Numbered from the stretch's first letter, positions 38,416 to 50,169 are shown. The stretch: 64,000 bases of DNA from an uncultured delta proteobacterium (GCA_963836955.1 CAWILO010000022.1:583505-647504), one strand, 5' to 3'. Translations and numbers: made by a program. The notes: generated by a model not told the origin, from the sequence alone.

Positions 38416-41400
38416 ATGATCAGTTCGTTGATGGCGTTAGCCATACGCGAGCGGGTGGTTGTGCTCGGAATGGCTTTGATGCTGCTTGCGGCGGGCATCT
38501 TCTCCTTCTCAGAACTCGACATCGAAGCGTATCCCGATCCGGTGCAACCCCGAGTAGAGGTGATCGCGCAACCCAATGGTCTGAGTGCCGAAGAAGTCGA
38601 AAAACTTGTTACCGTGCCGACTGAATACGGTCTTGCCGGAATGCGCAACCTCGAAGCGATGCGTTCGATATCCCTTTACGGTCTCTCCGACATCAAATGC
38701 TACTTCTCATGGGACAGTGACTATTACTGGGACCGGGTCGAGACTATCAACCGCATTTCGTTCTTAACGCTGCCTCAGCGCGTGACGCCCGGCATCTCGC
38801 CCGACAACCCGATCGGCGAGATTTACCGCTACCTAGTTGAGAGCCCTGACCACAACTTGATGCGTGAGAAAGAAATCGAGGACTGGATTCTTGAGAAGCA
38901 GCTTCGGACGGTCCCGGGCGTGGAGGACGTATCGGGCTTCGGTGGGTTGACCAAGCAGTTCCATGTGGACGTCGATGCGGCCCGGCTCAACCACTACGGG
39001 ATACCGCTCTCGACGCTGCTGGCTGCACTCCAGAACGCAAATACCAACGCCGGTGGTAACTATATGAGCGTCGGCGAGCAGGCGTTCGACGTGCGCGAGC
39101 TCGGCTTCTTCTTCGGACTCGATGACATTCGCAACGTCGTACTGAACGCGACCAATTCCATACCGATCAAGGTTTCCAACGTCGCCGATGTCGAGGTCGG
39201 CTATGCGCCACGGCTGGGAATCGTCGGCAAAGACAATCAGAACGAGGTCGTCGAGGGGATCGTTCTGATGCGCAAGTACGGCGACACGCTCAAGACGCTT
39301 AAGGGTGTCGAGGCCAAAGTCCACGAGCTGAACACCTCGGGCATTCTCCCCCGCGGCTACAAAGTGGCGCCCTACTACGACCGCACCGGCCTGGTCGATA
39401 CGACCCTCGAGACAGTGATCGAGAATCTGACAATCGGGATGGCGCTGGTGTTCCTGGTGCTGATCTTCTTCCTGGGCAATCTGCGCACCGCGCTCATTGC
39501 GGCGATAAACATTCCGCTCGCTCTATGCGGTGCGTTCACATTGATGCACATCACGGATACACCAGCGAACCTCATCTCCCTGGGCGCGATCGACTTCGGA
39601 ATCATCATCGATTCAACCGTCATCGTAATGGAGAACATCGAGCGGCATCTGACCGCACCCGAGCAGAGTCATCAGAGCGTCCGGCTACGCATCCTGCACG
39701 CTGCGCAGGAAGTCGGACAGCCCATGTTATTCTCGACGCTCATTTTCGTAATCGCGTTCCTGCCGTTGTTCACGATGCGCGGCGTCGAAGGTGCGATTTT
39801 CTCGCCCATGTCGCACACCTACGCCTACTCGCTCGGCACTGCGATCGTTCTCGCGATATCGCTGTCACCTGTACTGAGTTCCTTTTTTCTGGCTCGCGGT
39901 ATCAGAGAAATCCGCAATCCAGTTTGGGAGGCGGTCCAGGGCTTCTATCATCGGCTATTCGTGCGGGCATTGGCGCGGCCGCGAACAACTTTGGCTGTAA
40001 TCGCGATTCTGACGGCCGGCGTCCTCGCGATGTTCCCGCGGCTTGGCGGCGAGTTTCTGCCCAAACTCGAAGAAGGCAATATCTGGGCGCGCGCGACGAT
40101 GCCGCTGACCATCTCGCTTGAGCATGGCGCGAAAATCACCAACCAGGTGCGCGACGTTTTCCTGAGCTTCCCGGAGGTCCAGTCGGTGGTGTCGCAATTC
40201 GGCCGACCCGACGACGGCACTGACGCGACGGGCTTCTTTAACAGCGAGTTCTCGGTTGATTTAAAGCCCCGCGAACAATGGCCGAAAGAGATAACGAAAC
40301 CTGGCCTCGTCAAGCAAGTTGACGACAAGCTCACGCGTCGCTTTCCCGGCGTCAGCTTCGACTACTCGCAGAATATCGAAGACAACGTCAATGAAGCGCT
40401 TTCGGGCGTAAAGGGATCAAACTCGGTCAAGGTGTTTGGCCCCGACCTTGGAATCGACGAGCGAATCGCCAACGATATCAAAACAACCCTCGATAAAGTT
40501 CCGGGGATTGGCGAAACCGCCGTGTACCGCTCCCTCGGGCAGCCCAATCTTCTGATCGCACCGGACAGGGCGCAATGCGGGCGTTATGGCCTTAACGTCG
40601 GCGATATAGCCGCAATCGTGCAGGCGGCGATCGGCGGCCAGGCTGTGACGCAGGTGCTTGAAGGCGATCGACGCTTCGACCTGGTGGTTCGATGGAAACC
40701 GGAGTATCGCGAGAGCCTCGACGCAATCCGGCAGATTCGCGTGAATATGCCGGCCGGGGGCCAGATACCGCTCAACCAGGTAGCCGAAATCGAAACTGGT
40801 GAGGGCGCGTCGTTCGTTTATCGTGAAAATCTTCAGCGCTACGTTCCCGTCAGGTTCACCGTAGGCGGCCGGGACTTGAAGAGCACCGTCGAAGACGCCA
40901 AGTATCGCATCGCGCATGACGTGAGACTCCCCGAAGGCGTTCATCTGCAATGGGCTGGCGAGTATGGTGAACTTCAAGCGGCCAATCGACGTCTGATGAT
41001 CGTCGTGCCGTTCGCATTGCTGCTGATCGCGAGCGTGCTCTACTCCGCGACGCAATCACTGATCGACACGTTCATCATCATGGCGCAGATTCCGATCGCC
41101 TGCCTCGGCGGAATCCTGGCGTTGATCGTCACGGGCACGCCCTTCAGTGTCTCGGCCGCGGTCGGATTCATCTCGATCTTGGGCATCGCAGTAATGGATG
41201 GCATTCTGCTGAGCTTCTATATCCGCAGTCTTTGGGAGCAAGGCCACCCGTTTCTGGAAGGGATCATTATGGGCTCCGACCGTCGCTTCCGCGCGATCAC
41301 TATGACGGCGATGGTTGATGCGATCGGATTGCTGCCGGCCGCTCTATCTACCAGGATCGGCGCTCAGACCCAGCGCCCACTCGCGATCGTTGTTATCGGC

Positions 41401-41556
41401 GGCGCGCTGGCCATCATGATCGTGACGCGAATCCTCCAGCCGGTGCTGATCTACCTCTGCCATCGGAGATTGCGTCTCGAGAATGAGAATGGGTCGCGGC
41501 CAAGCCAGCCTCCACCAACCATTCCCGAAGATCCAAGCTCGCCCGTCGGCGCGTAG
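38416..41556 (+). CDS. CusA/CzcA-family heavy-metal RND efflux transporter (no MFP or OMF gene adjacent)
   Basis: IEAYPD, GEIYRY, SLGAIDFGIIIDS, EFLPKLEEG, QRPLAIVVIGG. Confidence 0.93.
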   Translation: MISSLMALAIRERVVVLGMALMLLAAGIFSFSELDIEAYPDPVQPRVEVIAQPNGLSAEEVEKLVTVPTEYGLAGMRNLEAMRSISLYGLSDIKCYFSWDSDYYWDRVETINRISFLTLPQRVTPGISPDNPIGEIYRYLVESPDHNLMREKEIEDWILEKQLRTVPGVEDVSGFGGLTKQFHVDVDAARLNHYGIPLSTLLAALQNANTNAGGNYMSVGEQAFDVRELGFFFGLDDIRNVVLNATNSIPIKVSNVADVEVGYAPRLGIVGKDNQNEVVEGIVLMRKYGDTLKTLKGVEAKVHELNTSGILPRGYKVAPYYDRTGLVDTTLETVIENLTIGMALVFLVLIFFLGNLRTALIAAINIPLALCGAFTLMHITDTPANLISLGAIDFGIIIDSTVIVMENIERHLTAPEQSHQSVRLRILHAAQEVGQPMLFSTLIFVIAFLPLFTMRGVEGAIFSPMSHTYAYSLGTAIVLAISLSPVLSSFFLARGIREIRNPVWEAVQGFYHRLFVRALARPRTTLAVIAILTAGVLAMFPRLGGEFLPKLEEGNIWARATMPLTISLEHGAKITNQVRDVFLSFPEVQSVVSQFGRPDDGTDATGFFNSEFSVDLKPREQWPKEITKPGLVKQVDDKLTRRFPGVSFDYSQNIEDNVNEALSGVKGSNSVKVFGPDLGIDERIANDIKTTLDKVPGIGETAVYRSLGQPNLLIAPDRAQCGRYGLNVGDIAAIVQAAIGGQAVTQVLEGDRRFDLVVRWKPEYRESLDAIRQIRVNMPAGGQIPLNQVAEIETGEGASFVYRENLQRYVPVRFTVGGRDLKSTVEDAKYRIAHDVRLPEGVHLQWAGEYGELQAANRRLMIVVPFALLLIASVLYSATQSLIDTFIIMAQIPIACLGGILALIVTGTPFSVSAAVGFISILGIAVMDGILLSFYIRSLWEQGHPFLEGIIMGSDRRFRAITMTAMVDAIGLLPAALSTRIGAQTQRPLAIVVIGGALAIMIVTRILQPVLIYLCHRRLRLENENGSRPSQPPPTIPEDPSSPVGA

Positions 41557-41597
41557 CGAAAGGCTTCGAGTATCAAAGTCGCTGATATGTTTTTAAT

Positions 41598-42064
41598 CTA
41601 GGGGACGAGTGCTCGGCAGCTGATAGGACACATCCAGCGGGTAAGCGAGCGTAGATACACGAACAGCGCGCCAGAGAACAACACCACATCCAGTCCAAGC
41701 TCCAGCCACATTCTGGGTCGCGATGGCGCGCCGGTCCCGAAGCAACCACAGTCTAGCGTTAGACCTCGTAGAAGCGCGGACGCCAAGGCCGTGAAAAATA
41801 TTACAGAGATTACAGCGACCGCGAGCGCTCCTACCCGCCGGTCCATGGACCGAGTAACAATATGCCGCATGCGATCTCGAATGGCGACAGACCGAGCGCC
41901 AGCAGGTTGATGAACGCCGCCGGCAGGATAGCAAATGCAGCGATGCTGTCCGCGAACTGCAGCGGGTCACGAATCTTGCCTATGCCCGCGTAGATGAATA
42001 CGGCAGCCACAGCCAAGCTGACCGCAAGTACCGTATAGTTCCGACGAGAATTGTCGGATACCAT
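41598..42064 (-). pseudogene. MauE/DoxX-family membrane protein, frameshifted near 41840
   Basis: FIYAGIGKIRDP..FEIACG / RGLTLDCGCFG. Confidence 0.85.
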
Positions 42065-42640
42065 CACAGTTCGCTCCCCGTCGATGCCGGCAGGCCAGCC
42101 GCCGACCATGCCTCCCACCCGCCGGTGAAGACGCTGACATTGCTGAAGCCGAGACTCAGCAACGCGTTTGCGACCAGGCGGCTGTCGTGACAGTCGCCGC
42201 CGGAGCAGTACACGATGATCGACTTGTCGGTGGCAGCCTTCAGCACGTTGGCTAGGTGCCGATAATCGTGCGCGAAGTCGTCTCGCGCGAGATTGAGCGC
42301 TCCCGGGACGTGCCCCTCTTCGAAGAACGCGGACGGCCGGGCATCAAGGATGAGTGCATTTTTTCTGTCGACGGCCGAATGGAATTGGTCAAGTCCGACG
42401 GTTGCTGCGGGCGCGAGCTTGAACGGGGGCGTCGAGACAAGAGTCGTCAACTCGGCATCGAACCGCTGCTCCGGTGTTTGATAGACGATGGGAAGTGGAG
42501 CCGTTGAAAAACGGTTCATTATGAGTCCAGCCACGAGCGATGCGATTGCGAGCAGGGCAACGCCACTGGAATCGCGCAGAATTTGAGATCCGCGACCCGT
42601 TGCTCGTGGCAGCCGGGAGGACTCGGGAGTCAGGATCGAG
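42064..42640 (-). CDS. Rhodanese-domain protein with N-terminal TM helix (start uncertain; IS immediately upstream)
   Basis: ILDARP..GHVPGA..IVYCSGGDCHDS..GGWEAW. Confidence 0.85.
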
Positions 42641-42649
42641 ACTATTGAA

Positions 42650-44040
42650 GAGGTCACCGCAATAGGTGTGTAAACGAGATCAGGCGGCGCGGCGCTTCGG
42701 GGTGGTTTCATTTACTGGCATTCCGTCCTCGAATAGTTGTCCATCGTAAACTTCCGCGAGTAGTTCGGGCGAGTTGAGGCGGCGGAATTTCTTCTCCGCA
42801 ATCATCAGGATCTTCCAGATCAAGGCCTCGGCGTTGGCGACCTTCTTGTAACGCCTGGCGGCGTCGGTTCTTAGCCGCACCGCTGAGAATGGCGATTCGA
42901 CCGGATTGGTGGTGCGCAGGTGGATCCAATGATCCTTCGGAAAGCGATAGAAGGTCACCATCCGCTCCCAGTCGCGGCTCAGCGTCTCGACCGCCTTGGG
43001 GCACAGTTGCCGATAGCGGGTGGCAAACTGATCGCGCAACCGCTCGCATTCAGCTCGGCTTACGGCGTAGGGCATTTTGCGCAGAAGTTCCTTCGCCGCA
43101 GACCACTCCTTCTTGGGCAGATGATCGATCACGTTGGTGAGCCGATGATTCCAGCAGCGTTGCTCTGCGCCGTCCGGGAAGACCTCGCCCAGCGCCGACC
43201 AGATCCCCAAGTGTCCATCGGCCACCGTGGCCCGCCACGGTCTCAGCCCGCGAGCGAACAGATCGCGCAGCACCCGCGCCCACGATTCCTTCGATTCGCG
43301 CTGTCCGCTTTCAATCGCCAGCACCACTTTGCGCCCGTCCCGTAAGGCTCCCACGATCACCAGCAGCGCGGCCTTGCTATCCTCAAGACCCGCTTTCACA
43401 TAGAGACCATCGGCCCAGACGTACACTACTTCGAGCTTATCCAACCGCCGGCTTCGCCACGCCGCGTACTCCAGTTGCCACTTCGCCCGCAGCCGCTCGA
43501 TCGACGATGCCGAGAGCGGCGCACCGTCGCCGAGCAGTCCGCGCAACGCCAGCTCGAAATCTCCTTGGGCGAGCCCGTGAAGGTAAAGCTGGGGTAAAAG
43601 CTCGCTGACCGCTTCGGTCCGGCGCACAAACAGCGGCAGTAGCCTGCTCTCGAAGCGCTGTTCCAAACCTCGAACTCGCGGTCGCTTCACTTCGATGGTG
43701 CCGACCATCATCGACAATCGCCGCGTCTTGCCGTGCCCGTTGCGGTATCCTGCTGGCGCATCCACCACCGCGCGCCGCTCCGACTTGCCCCGGCCGAGCA
43801 AATCGGTGACCTCCTCCTCCAGCACATCCTGCAGCCAGCTCTGAATCCTGCACCGAGTAAATTCCTCGAGGGTTCCCCACTGTGGGCGCTTCGCTAACTC
43901 TCTTCTTGACCGGCGGCGCTCTGCTCGGTTTATGCTCTCCATGGCGGTGTCCTCCTTCCTGCCGGTTCTCCGGCTGGGTCTCGTCAACCCGGAAGGCTAC
44001 ATCGCCTTTTCCCTATTTCCACACCTCTCGGCTATACCTC
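42650..44040 (-). mobile_element. IS256-family element (copy 2, intact)
   Basis: 8-bp TSD CTATTGAA (42642-42649 / 44041-44048); same IRs as copy 1. Confidence 0.96.
42680..43942 (-). CDS. IS256-family transposase
   Basis: YRNG, WADGLY, VADGHLG, QRCWNH, LRTTNPVES. Confidence 0.95.
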   Translation of the reverse strand: MESINRAERRRSRRELAKRPQWGTLEEFTRCRIQSWLQDVLEEEVTDLLGRGKSERRAVVDAPAGYRNGHGKTRRLSMMVGTIEVKRPRVRGLEQRFESRLLPLFVRRTEAVSELLPQLYLHGLAQGDFELALRGLLGDGAPLSASSIERLRAKWQLEYAAWRSRRLDKLEVVYVWADGLYVKAGLEDSKAALLVIVGALRDGRKVVLAIESGQRESKESWARVLRDLFARGLRPWRATVADGHLGIWSALGEVFPDGAEQRCWNHRLTNVIDHLPKKEWSAAKELLRKMPYAVSRAECERLRDQFATRYRQLCPKAVETLSRDWERMVTFYRFPKDHWIHLRTTNPVESPFSAVRLRTDAARRYKKVANAEALIWKILMIAEKKFRRLNSPELLAEVYDGQLFEDGMPVNETTPKRRAA

Positions 44041-44764
44041 CTATTGAAATACGAGCAAGTCAGTGGGAGGGACGGACACTAATTCGTTTACTTCCACTTC
44101 ACGGGTGCCTGGAGGTCGTAAGAATCGCCATGAGCGAGGCGCGATCACGCTCTTCCTGCGCCTGAAGCTCATATTCTTTGCGCTCTTGTTCAGAAATCTT
44201 GGCATTTTCATTGTTCGCTTTGACGCGGCATTGCGAAATTTCCTGATCACGCTGGTAGTTTACCTAGAGGTTCTGGAGCGCAAGGCGAGACACAGAAAGT
44301 GAACTAGATCATACACCATCCTTAGCCAACTCAGCCCTGCACCCACCATGCAACCGGCCCTCTCTAGTCAACGGATGTCTCGTAAAATCCCTAAGAACGA
44401 TGCCAGTTTCAAGCCTGAGCGAAATGATTTTGCGGACCACAGCTTCACTAATCCCTTAGATCGCTTGATGCGCGGGCGCGCTAATCGACAATGGAAGTCT
44501 ACTTGACGATGAACTGCAATCTGCCGCAGCGGCCCATCTGCAATTTGCGCTTGCCAAGAACGAGATTGGCGTATCGCTCGTCCCATTCCTGCCGTGCCCA
44601 TTGATAGATGCTGCCCTCGATGCTGACGCCTCGGTTTGCGGACGCGCGCTCGATGCTTCAGCGAAGGGGGAGCTTTTGTGCCACTTGCCGGTTCTCGGAC
44701 AGTTCGCCTATCGTCGCCTTTGCCGGCAAAGCGACCTGCCAGACTCTCCAGCAGAGGCGAGGTT

Positions 44765-44953
44765 ATGAACCAAAGGACTGAGGACCATGACGGAATTGGT
44801 CTGGCTCGCTCCGATGAAGAGGTTCGAAGCTGCTTTCTCGTCATGCGCGAGCTGAGAACTCAAATCGTCGAATCAGAGTTCGTGAAGTTGGTGCGCGGAA
44901 GCTCGAGAAAGGAGGCTACTATCTGGTTTTTCTTAGAGAGCACGGTGACGTGA
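44765..44953 (+). pseudogene. GNAT acetyltransferase N-terminal fragment
   Basis: ARSDEEVRSCFLVMRELR..EFVKLVR. Confidence 0.5.
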
Positions 44954-45082
44954 AGGCCGTGGAGCGCAACGGCCGCAACGGTCTGAGGTGACCGCGCGAT
45001 CATGCCGAACATATTGCGGCCGAGGCGAGCGCGGCGTGACGCCCCGGATTAAATTAGTCTTTTAGATTAGCGATATAGAAAA

Positions 45083-46291
45083 ATGGAAAGCCGCGACTCC
45101 AATCAAAGCCATGCCTCAGCCGCTCTGGCGCAGCCGAATAATCTTTTAGTCGCGCCGCTGTTGCCCTTGATCGCAGCGCAAGCGGCGGAGGCTGACGCCA
45201 CCCGCTCGGTCTCATCGGCCGTGATTGCGGCGTTGAAGAGCAACGACGTCATGCGCATGTCGGCCGCGAGAGCATTGGACGGCCTCGAAAGCAGCATCAC
45301 CGCGATGGGACGAGAGCTGGAAGCCGTGGCCGCGGCGTGCGGCTCGACCGGATGGTGCTTGTGGAACCATCTGTGCGTGTTTCACTTCTACTGCGGCCTT
45401 CTTGGCCCTGCTCACATCGAGTTGCTGTGCAGCATCACGGCCAACAGGCATTGGGTCTGTCTGCCGGCCGGAGCCGGTACTGGAGTGATTGGCAAGGTCG
45501 ATGGAGAGGAGGTCGTGCTGAACGGCATTGCCTCGTTTGGCTCCGGCGGCCGTTATGCCGACTACACCGGAATCACCTTCCTCTTCGAGGCAGAGCGTGC
45601 GCCCCATCTGGTTTTGGTGCGCACCGATCATAAAGGCGTACGCATCGATCCGACTTGGAAAGCGATGAGCCTGCGCGCGTCGGCGACCGACCACCTTCAC
45701 TATGAAGATGTGCGAGCGCCGCTCTCGAGTGTGGTGCCTTTCCCGCTGCCGTACCGTGTCGCTTTCCGCGATCCGGCTTACAGCGTCATCGATGATCGTT
45801 ATCGCGAGGATTGGGTGGCGCTCTCGGATCTTTGGCTCGGCTGTATGGCGGTCGGCGTCGCCGACGCCGCATTAAAGGAAGCGTGCAGCAGCATCCAGGG
45901 CCGAGTCGCCATCATGGGAGTTAAGATGACGGAGCGGCCCACCGTCCACGTGAATCTCGGTCAGGCCGTCGCGCTAATCGCCGCGGCGCGCGCCACTATC
46001 TACGACGCCTGCGGGAAGACCGATGCCCGCATCGCGGCACATCAAACTCCCACGGAGGGCAATTACCTGGAGCAGCTCGGCGCCAGCATGATGGCCCTGC
46101 GGCTATGCGACGATGCGATGCGGCTCACCCTGCGCGTGCTTGGCGGAAACGGCCTGCGTGAGGGGCAATCCTTCGAGCGGCGCTATCGCGACTTTCAGGC
46201 GATGCCGTTGCACATCAACGCGCATCCGGATCGTGTCTCCGAACAGCTTGGGCGCTACGCCTTGGGCCTGCCGACCGAGAATCCGTTTTGA
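45083..46291 (+). CDS. Acyl-CoA dehydrogenase-fold flavin monooxygenase
   Basis: ACGSTGW, FGSG, WKAMSLRASAT, ERRYRD..H. Confidence 0.85.
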   Translation: MESRDSNQSHASAALAQPNNLLVAPLLPLIAAQAAEADATRSVSSAVIAALKSNDVMRMSAARALDGLESSITAMGRELEAVAAACGSTGWCLWNHLCVFHFYCGLLGPAHIELLCSITANRHWVCLPAGAGTGVIGKVDGEEVVLNGIASFGSGGRYADYTGITFLFEAERAPHLVLVRTDHKGVRIDPTWKAMSLRASATDHLHYEDVRAPLSSVVPFPLPYRVAFRDPAYSVIDDRYREDWVALSDLWLGCMAVGVADAALKEACSSIQGRVAIMGVKMTERPTVHVNLGQAVALIAAARATIYDACGKTDARIAAHQTPTEGNYLEQLGASMMALRLCDDAMRLTLRVLGGNGLREGQSFERRYRDFQAMPLHINAHPDRVSEQLGRYALGLPTENPF

Positions 46292-46608
46292 ACCTCAGAT
46301 GACCTATGCGAGCGAGTCAGTCGGGTTTTTGTCGTGTCTTCCTGAGTCCTGTCTTCCGCCGTCCGAGATATTTAGAGAGGCAAAAAGTTGTCACCACGAT
46401 CCAATTTGTGGCGCGCAGGTTTTTGTACAGCCGACGGTTATCGAATGGGGGGCGTCGACACCATACTACAATCAAATGCCGACTCGTCGCGCTGCAGGCA
46501 GGTCAGCTTGCAACTATGCGAGTGCCGAGGGTATTCGTCTCCTCAACCATGCCCTGCGCGAGACCGAAGAGTAGCTAAACTCCATCGTCTGAAAGTGCTG
46601 TTGGGGAA

Positions 46609-49600
46609 TTGAGTTTGTTCAAGCGAGTATTGATTGCCAACCGAGGTGAAATCGCGATCCGCGTCGCGCGCGCCGCGTCGGCGCTCGGGGTGGAGTCGGT
46701 CAGTGTATACGCCCCGGCTGACGCGCTCTCGCTCCATATCCGCGTCACGACCGAGTCGCGCGAGATTGGCAGCTCGCGCGGGCCGTCGAACGATCCCGTG
46801 CGTGCCTATCTCGACATCGAAGCGCTGATCGAGGCCGCCAAGGCCACTCGATGCGGCAGCGTGCATCCCGGCTACGGCTTCCTATCCGAGAATACCAGCT
46901 TCGCTAAGCGATGCCTTGAAGAGGGTATCGCCTTCATCGGGCCGCATCCCGAGACGCTGGCGCTGTTCGGCGACAAGACCAAGGCGCGTGCTCTGGCCCG
47001 CTCACTGGACATTCCAATCATTCCAGGCAGTCCGCAGGCGTCGGCGAGCGTTGAAGATGCTCAGTCAATCGGCAAGACGATCGGCTATCCGGTCATGCTG
47101 AAAGCGGCGGGGGGTGGCGGCGGTCGCGGCATGCGCGTGGTCGCAAACGCCGACGAGATGTCAGCGGCGTTCGCTCGATGCCAGAGCGAAGCTCAGGCGG
47201 CGTTCGGCGACGGCTCCGTGTTTGTCGAGAAACTGGTTGCGCGTCCACGGCACATCGAGGTCCAGATCCTGGCCGACAGCCACGGCGGCATCGTTCATCT
47301 CTACGAACGCGATTGCTCGGTCCAGCTTCGAAATCAGAAGGTTGTCGAGATCGCGCCGGCTCCGGGGCTGGAGGCCGGCCTTCGGCGACGCCTGCTGGAA
47401 GACGCGATTCGCCTCGCGCGCGCAGCCGGCTTTGTGAACGCCGGGACCATCGAGTTCCTGGTCAACCCGGAGCGGGGCGAACACTTTTTCATCGAGTGCA
47501 ATCCTCGCATCCAGGTTGAGCACACCGTGACCGAGCAGGTTACGGGCATCGACCTGGTCGAGTCCCAATTCCGCATCGCGGCGGGCGAGCCGCTGAAAGC
47601 TCTCGGCATCCCCGATCAAGCCGCGGTCAAAGCGCCGCGCAGTTTTGCCGTACAAGCGCGCATCGTCGCAGTCGGGCCTGGCGTGCTGACCGCGTACAAG
47701 GAGCCGACAGGTCCCGGAGTGCGGGTCGATTCATGCGCATATCTCGGCTACGCGCCGCCACCGCAATTCGATCCGATGTTCGCCAAGTTGATCTGCCAGT
47801 CGAACTCGATGCATACGTTCGAGTCGGCACTCGACCACACGTTGCGCGCGCTGGATGAGTTCCACATCGCCGGCCTCCCGACCAATCTTCGACAACTGCG
47901 CGCGGTCCTCTCTCATCCGGCGGTACGAGCGGGCGACGCGCGGACCAGCTTTTTCTCCGAGTATCCCGAGCTGGCCGCGGCGGCTGGTGCGGAGGCTTCC
48001 GGCTCGGGCTCACTGGCGCTGCTCGAACAGCAGGCGACGGCGCTCCGCGGCGGCAAGAACGCGCTCGGCCTGTCAGGCGCGCGGCCCGCATCGCCCAGCT
48101 TGGCCGCGCCGAGCGGCGAGGAGAGCGTCGAAAGCCCGATGGAGGGCGCGATCATCGAGCTCCCGGTGGAAGCCGGCGCCACGGTTGAGGCCGGTGCGAC
48201 GCTGATGATCATCAGCGCCATGAAAATGGAAACCGCGATCACTGCACCCTGTGCCGGCGTCGTGACCGCGATAAGGCCCGCCGAGATCGGCGCCATTGTT
48301 GCGGCCGGCCAGATTGTCGCCACGATTGCTCCGGCTAAGCGCGACAGTGACGGAGCCTTGCCGCATCGCTATGGCGACGACACTTGGGCGCCAATGCTCG
48401 CCGACGTGCAGACTTTGCAGGCGATCGCCCATCACCGCTTCGGGCCGGATTCGATAGATCCGGGCGTGGTTCGCCAGCGCTCTCGCGGCAAGCTGACCTG
48501 CCGGGAGCGAATCGATCTGCTGCTCGACGGAGGCAGCTTTCGCGAGGTCGGCAGCCTCGCAGGCTTTGCGGACTACGACGAGGATGGACGGGTCGCCGGC
48601 TTCACGCCCGCCAACCATATCGGTGGCTGGGGCAAGATCGACCGACGAACCGTTGTGGTGTGCGCCGACGATTTCACCTCGCGCGGTGGTCATGCCGACG
48701 GCGCAATTGGCGGAAAGAGCGCCCATCTCGATCGGTTGTCGATCGACCTTCGGTGCCCGTCGATCCGATTGCTCGACGGCTCGTCAGGCGGCGGCAGCAT
48801 CGCAGCAATGGTGCCCAAGCAGCAGAAGGCCGGCGAGAGCAGTGCGCAGGAAAGCTCGGGCGCAATAGTCGCTGGCCGGCCCCGGGTGTCTGGCGAGGGT
48901 GGATCGTTTCTGCCGGGCCACCTCGGCAGCACTATGTACGTCGCGCAGCTTAGCCAGGTGCCGGTGGTCAATCTGCTGCTCGGCAGCGTAGTGGGCATCG
49001 GCGCTGCCAAGGCTGTGCTCGGCCATTTCTCGGTCATGGTGCGCGACATTGCGCAACTGTTCGTGGCGGGACCGCCGGTGGTCAGGCACGCAATGGGTTA
49101 CGACATCACGAAAGAGGAATTGGGCGGCTGGCATATCCATTGTCGGAACGGCTCGGTCGACAATCTCGCGGAGTCGGAGCAAGAGGCAACTTCGATGACG
49201 AAGCGGTTCCTGTCCTACCTACCCTCGAGTGTCTACGAAGCGCCGCCGGTCCTTGCGCCAAACCCCGCTGATCCGATTGACCGTCGGGAAGAAGAGCTGT
49301 TTACGATTGTTCCGCGCAAGCGCACGACGACCTTCGACATGCGCCGAGCCATCCGGTTGATGGCGGACCAAGGCTCCTTCCTCGAAATCGGGCCGCTGTG
49401 GGGTACCGACCAGATCGTTGGCTTCGTACGCTTCAACGGCTACCCCATGGGCGTCGTCGCATCTGACTCTCGGCACGTCAACGGCGGCGCACTCACGGCC
49501 GACGGCTGCGAGAAGCTCAAGCGTCACCTCGACCTATGCGACTTGTTCCATCTTCCCTTGCTGAACCTGATCGACAATCCGGGGTTCGCGGTGGGCCTCG

Positions 49601-50043
49601 AGCACGAGATAGCCGGCACGATCCGCAAAGGTGGCGAGTGGATGATCGCGTTCGCGCAGGTAGCAGTTCCGATCTTCACCGTCATTATGCGCCGCAGCTT
49701 TGGCGTCGCCGGCAACAACTTTGCAACGCCGCGTAGCGGCGCCAGTGCGCGCGTCGCGTGGCCAGCAGCTGACGTCGGCGGCATTCCGCCCGAAGGCGGT
49801 ATTGAGGCCGCTTACAAACGCCAGCTTGCCGAGGCCGTCGATCCAGCAGCACTGCGAGCCGAGATCAATGCGCGTATCGAAAGCGCGCGGGGACCCATAG
49901 GGCCGCTCAACCGGTTCCAGATGGAGGAGATGATCGACCCGCGCGACACACGGCGTTGGGTGTGCGAGTGGGTGGAGAATGCCTATCGCATCGTCACGCA
50001 ACCCGCCTTGCTGGTGCCACGAGCGCTGCAATTCAGGCCATAG
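46609..50043 (+). CDS. Single-chain biotin-dependent acyl-CoA carboxylase (BC-BCCP-CT fusion)
   Basis: IANRGEIA, HPGYGFLSE, GGGGRGM, ERDCSVQ, NPRIQVEH, AMKM, DDFT..GG, IDPRDTR. Confidence 0.93.
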   Translation: MSLFKRVLIANRGEIAIRVARAASALGVESVSVYAPADALSLHIRVTTESREIGSSRGPSNDPVRAYLDIEALIEAAKATRCGSVHPGYGFLSENTSFAKRCLEEGIAFIGPHPETLALFGDKTKARALARSLDIPIIPGSPQASASVEDAQSIGKTIGYPVMLKAAGGGGGRGMRVVANADEMSAAFARCQSEAQAAFGDGSVFVEKLVARPRHIEVQILADSHGGIVHLYERDCSVQLRNQKVVEIAPAPGLEAGLRRRLLEDAIRLARAAGFVNAGTIEFLVNPERGEHFFIECNPRIQVEHTVTEQVTGIDLVESQFRIAAGEPLKALGIPDQAAVKAPRSFAVQARIVAVGPGVLTAYKEPTGPGVRVDSCAYLGYAPPPQFDPMFAKLICQSNSMHTFESALDHTLRALDEFHIAGLPTNLRQLRAVLSHPAVRAGDARTSFFSEYPELAAAAGAEASGSGSLALLEQQATALRGGKNALGLSGARPASPSLAAPSGEESVESPMEGAIIELPVEAGATVEAGATLMIISAMKMETAITAPCAGVVTAIRPAEIGAIVAAGQIVATIAPAKRDSDGALPHRYGDDTWAPMLADVQTLQAIAHHRFGPDSIDPGVVRQRSRGKLTCRERIDLLLDGGSFREVGSLAGFADYDEDGRVAGFTPANHIGGWGKIDRRTVVVCADDFTSRGGHADGAIGGKSAHLDRLSIDLRCPSIRLLDGSSGGGSIAAMVPKQQKAGESSAQESSGAIVAGRPRVSGEGGSFLPGHLGSTMYVAQLSQVPVVNLLLGSVVGIGAAKAVLGHFSVMVRDIAQLFVAGPPVVRHAMGYDITKEELGGWHIHCRNGSVDNLAESEQEATSMTKRFLSYLPSSVYEAPPVLAPNPADPIDRREEELFTIVPRKRTTTFDMRRAIRLMADQGSFLEIGPLWGTDQIVGFVRFNGYPMGVVASDSRHVNGGALTADGCEKLKRHLDLCDLFHLPLLNLIDNPGFAVGLEHEIAGTIRKGGEWMIAFAQVAVPIFTVIMRRSFGVAGNNFATPRSGASARVAWPAADVGGIPPEGGIEAAYKRQLAEAVDPAALRAEINARIESARGPIGPLNRFQMEEMIDPRDTRRWVCEWVENAYRIVTQPALLVPRALQFRP

Positions 50044-50169
50044 TCCGGATAAGGTCAATCAATCACATCTCGGAAACGCGCGGGATGTCGCTGGAAGCGG
50101 CCGCGATGGAAGAAGCATTCGTCCTCGATTTCATCGAACTTCTGAATCCAGAGCGACCAGCCGGGCGAA

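Noticed and set aside
42640-42711. N-terminal extension of the rhodanese ORF in the ORF track
   Set aside because: It reads through the IS256 end. The reconstructed pre-insertion allele has an in-frame stop just upstream, so the IS sits at or before the gene start.
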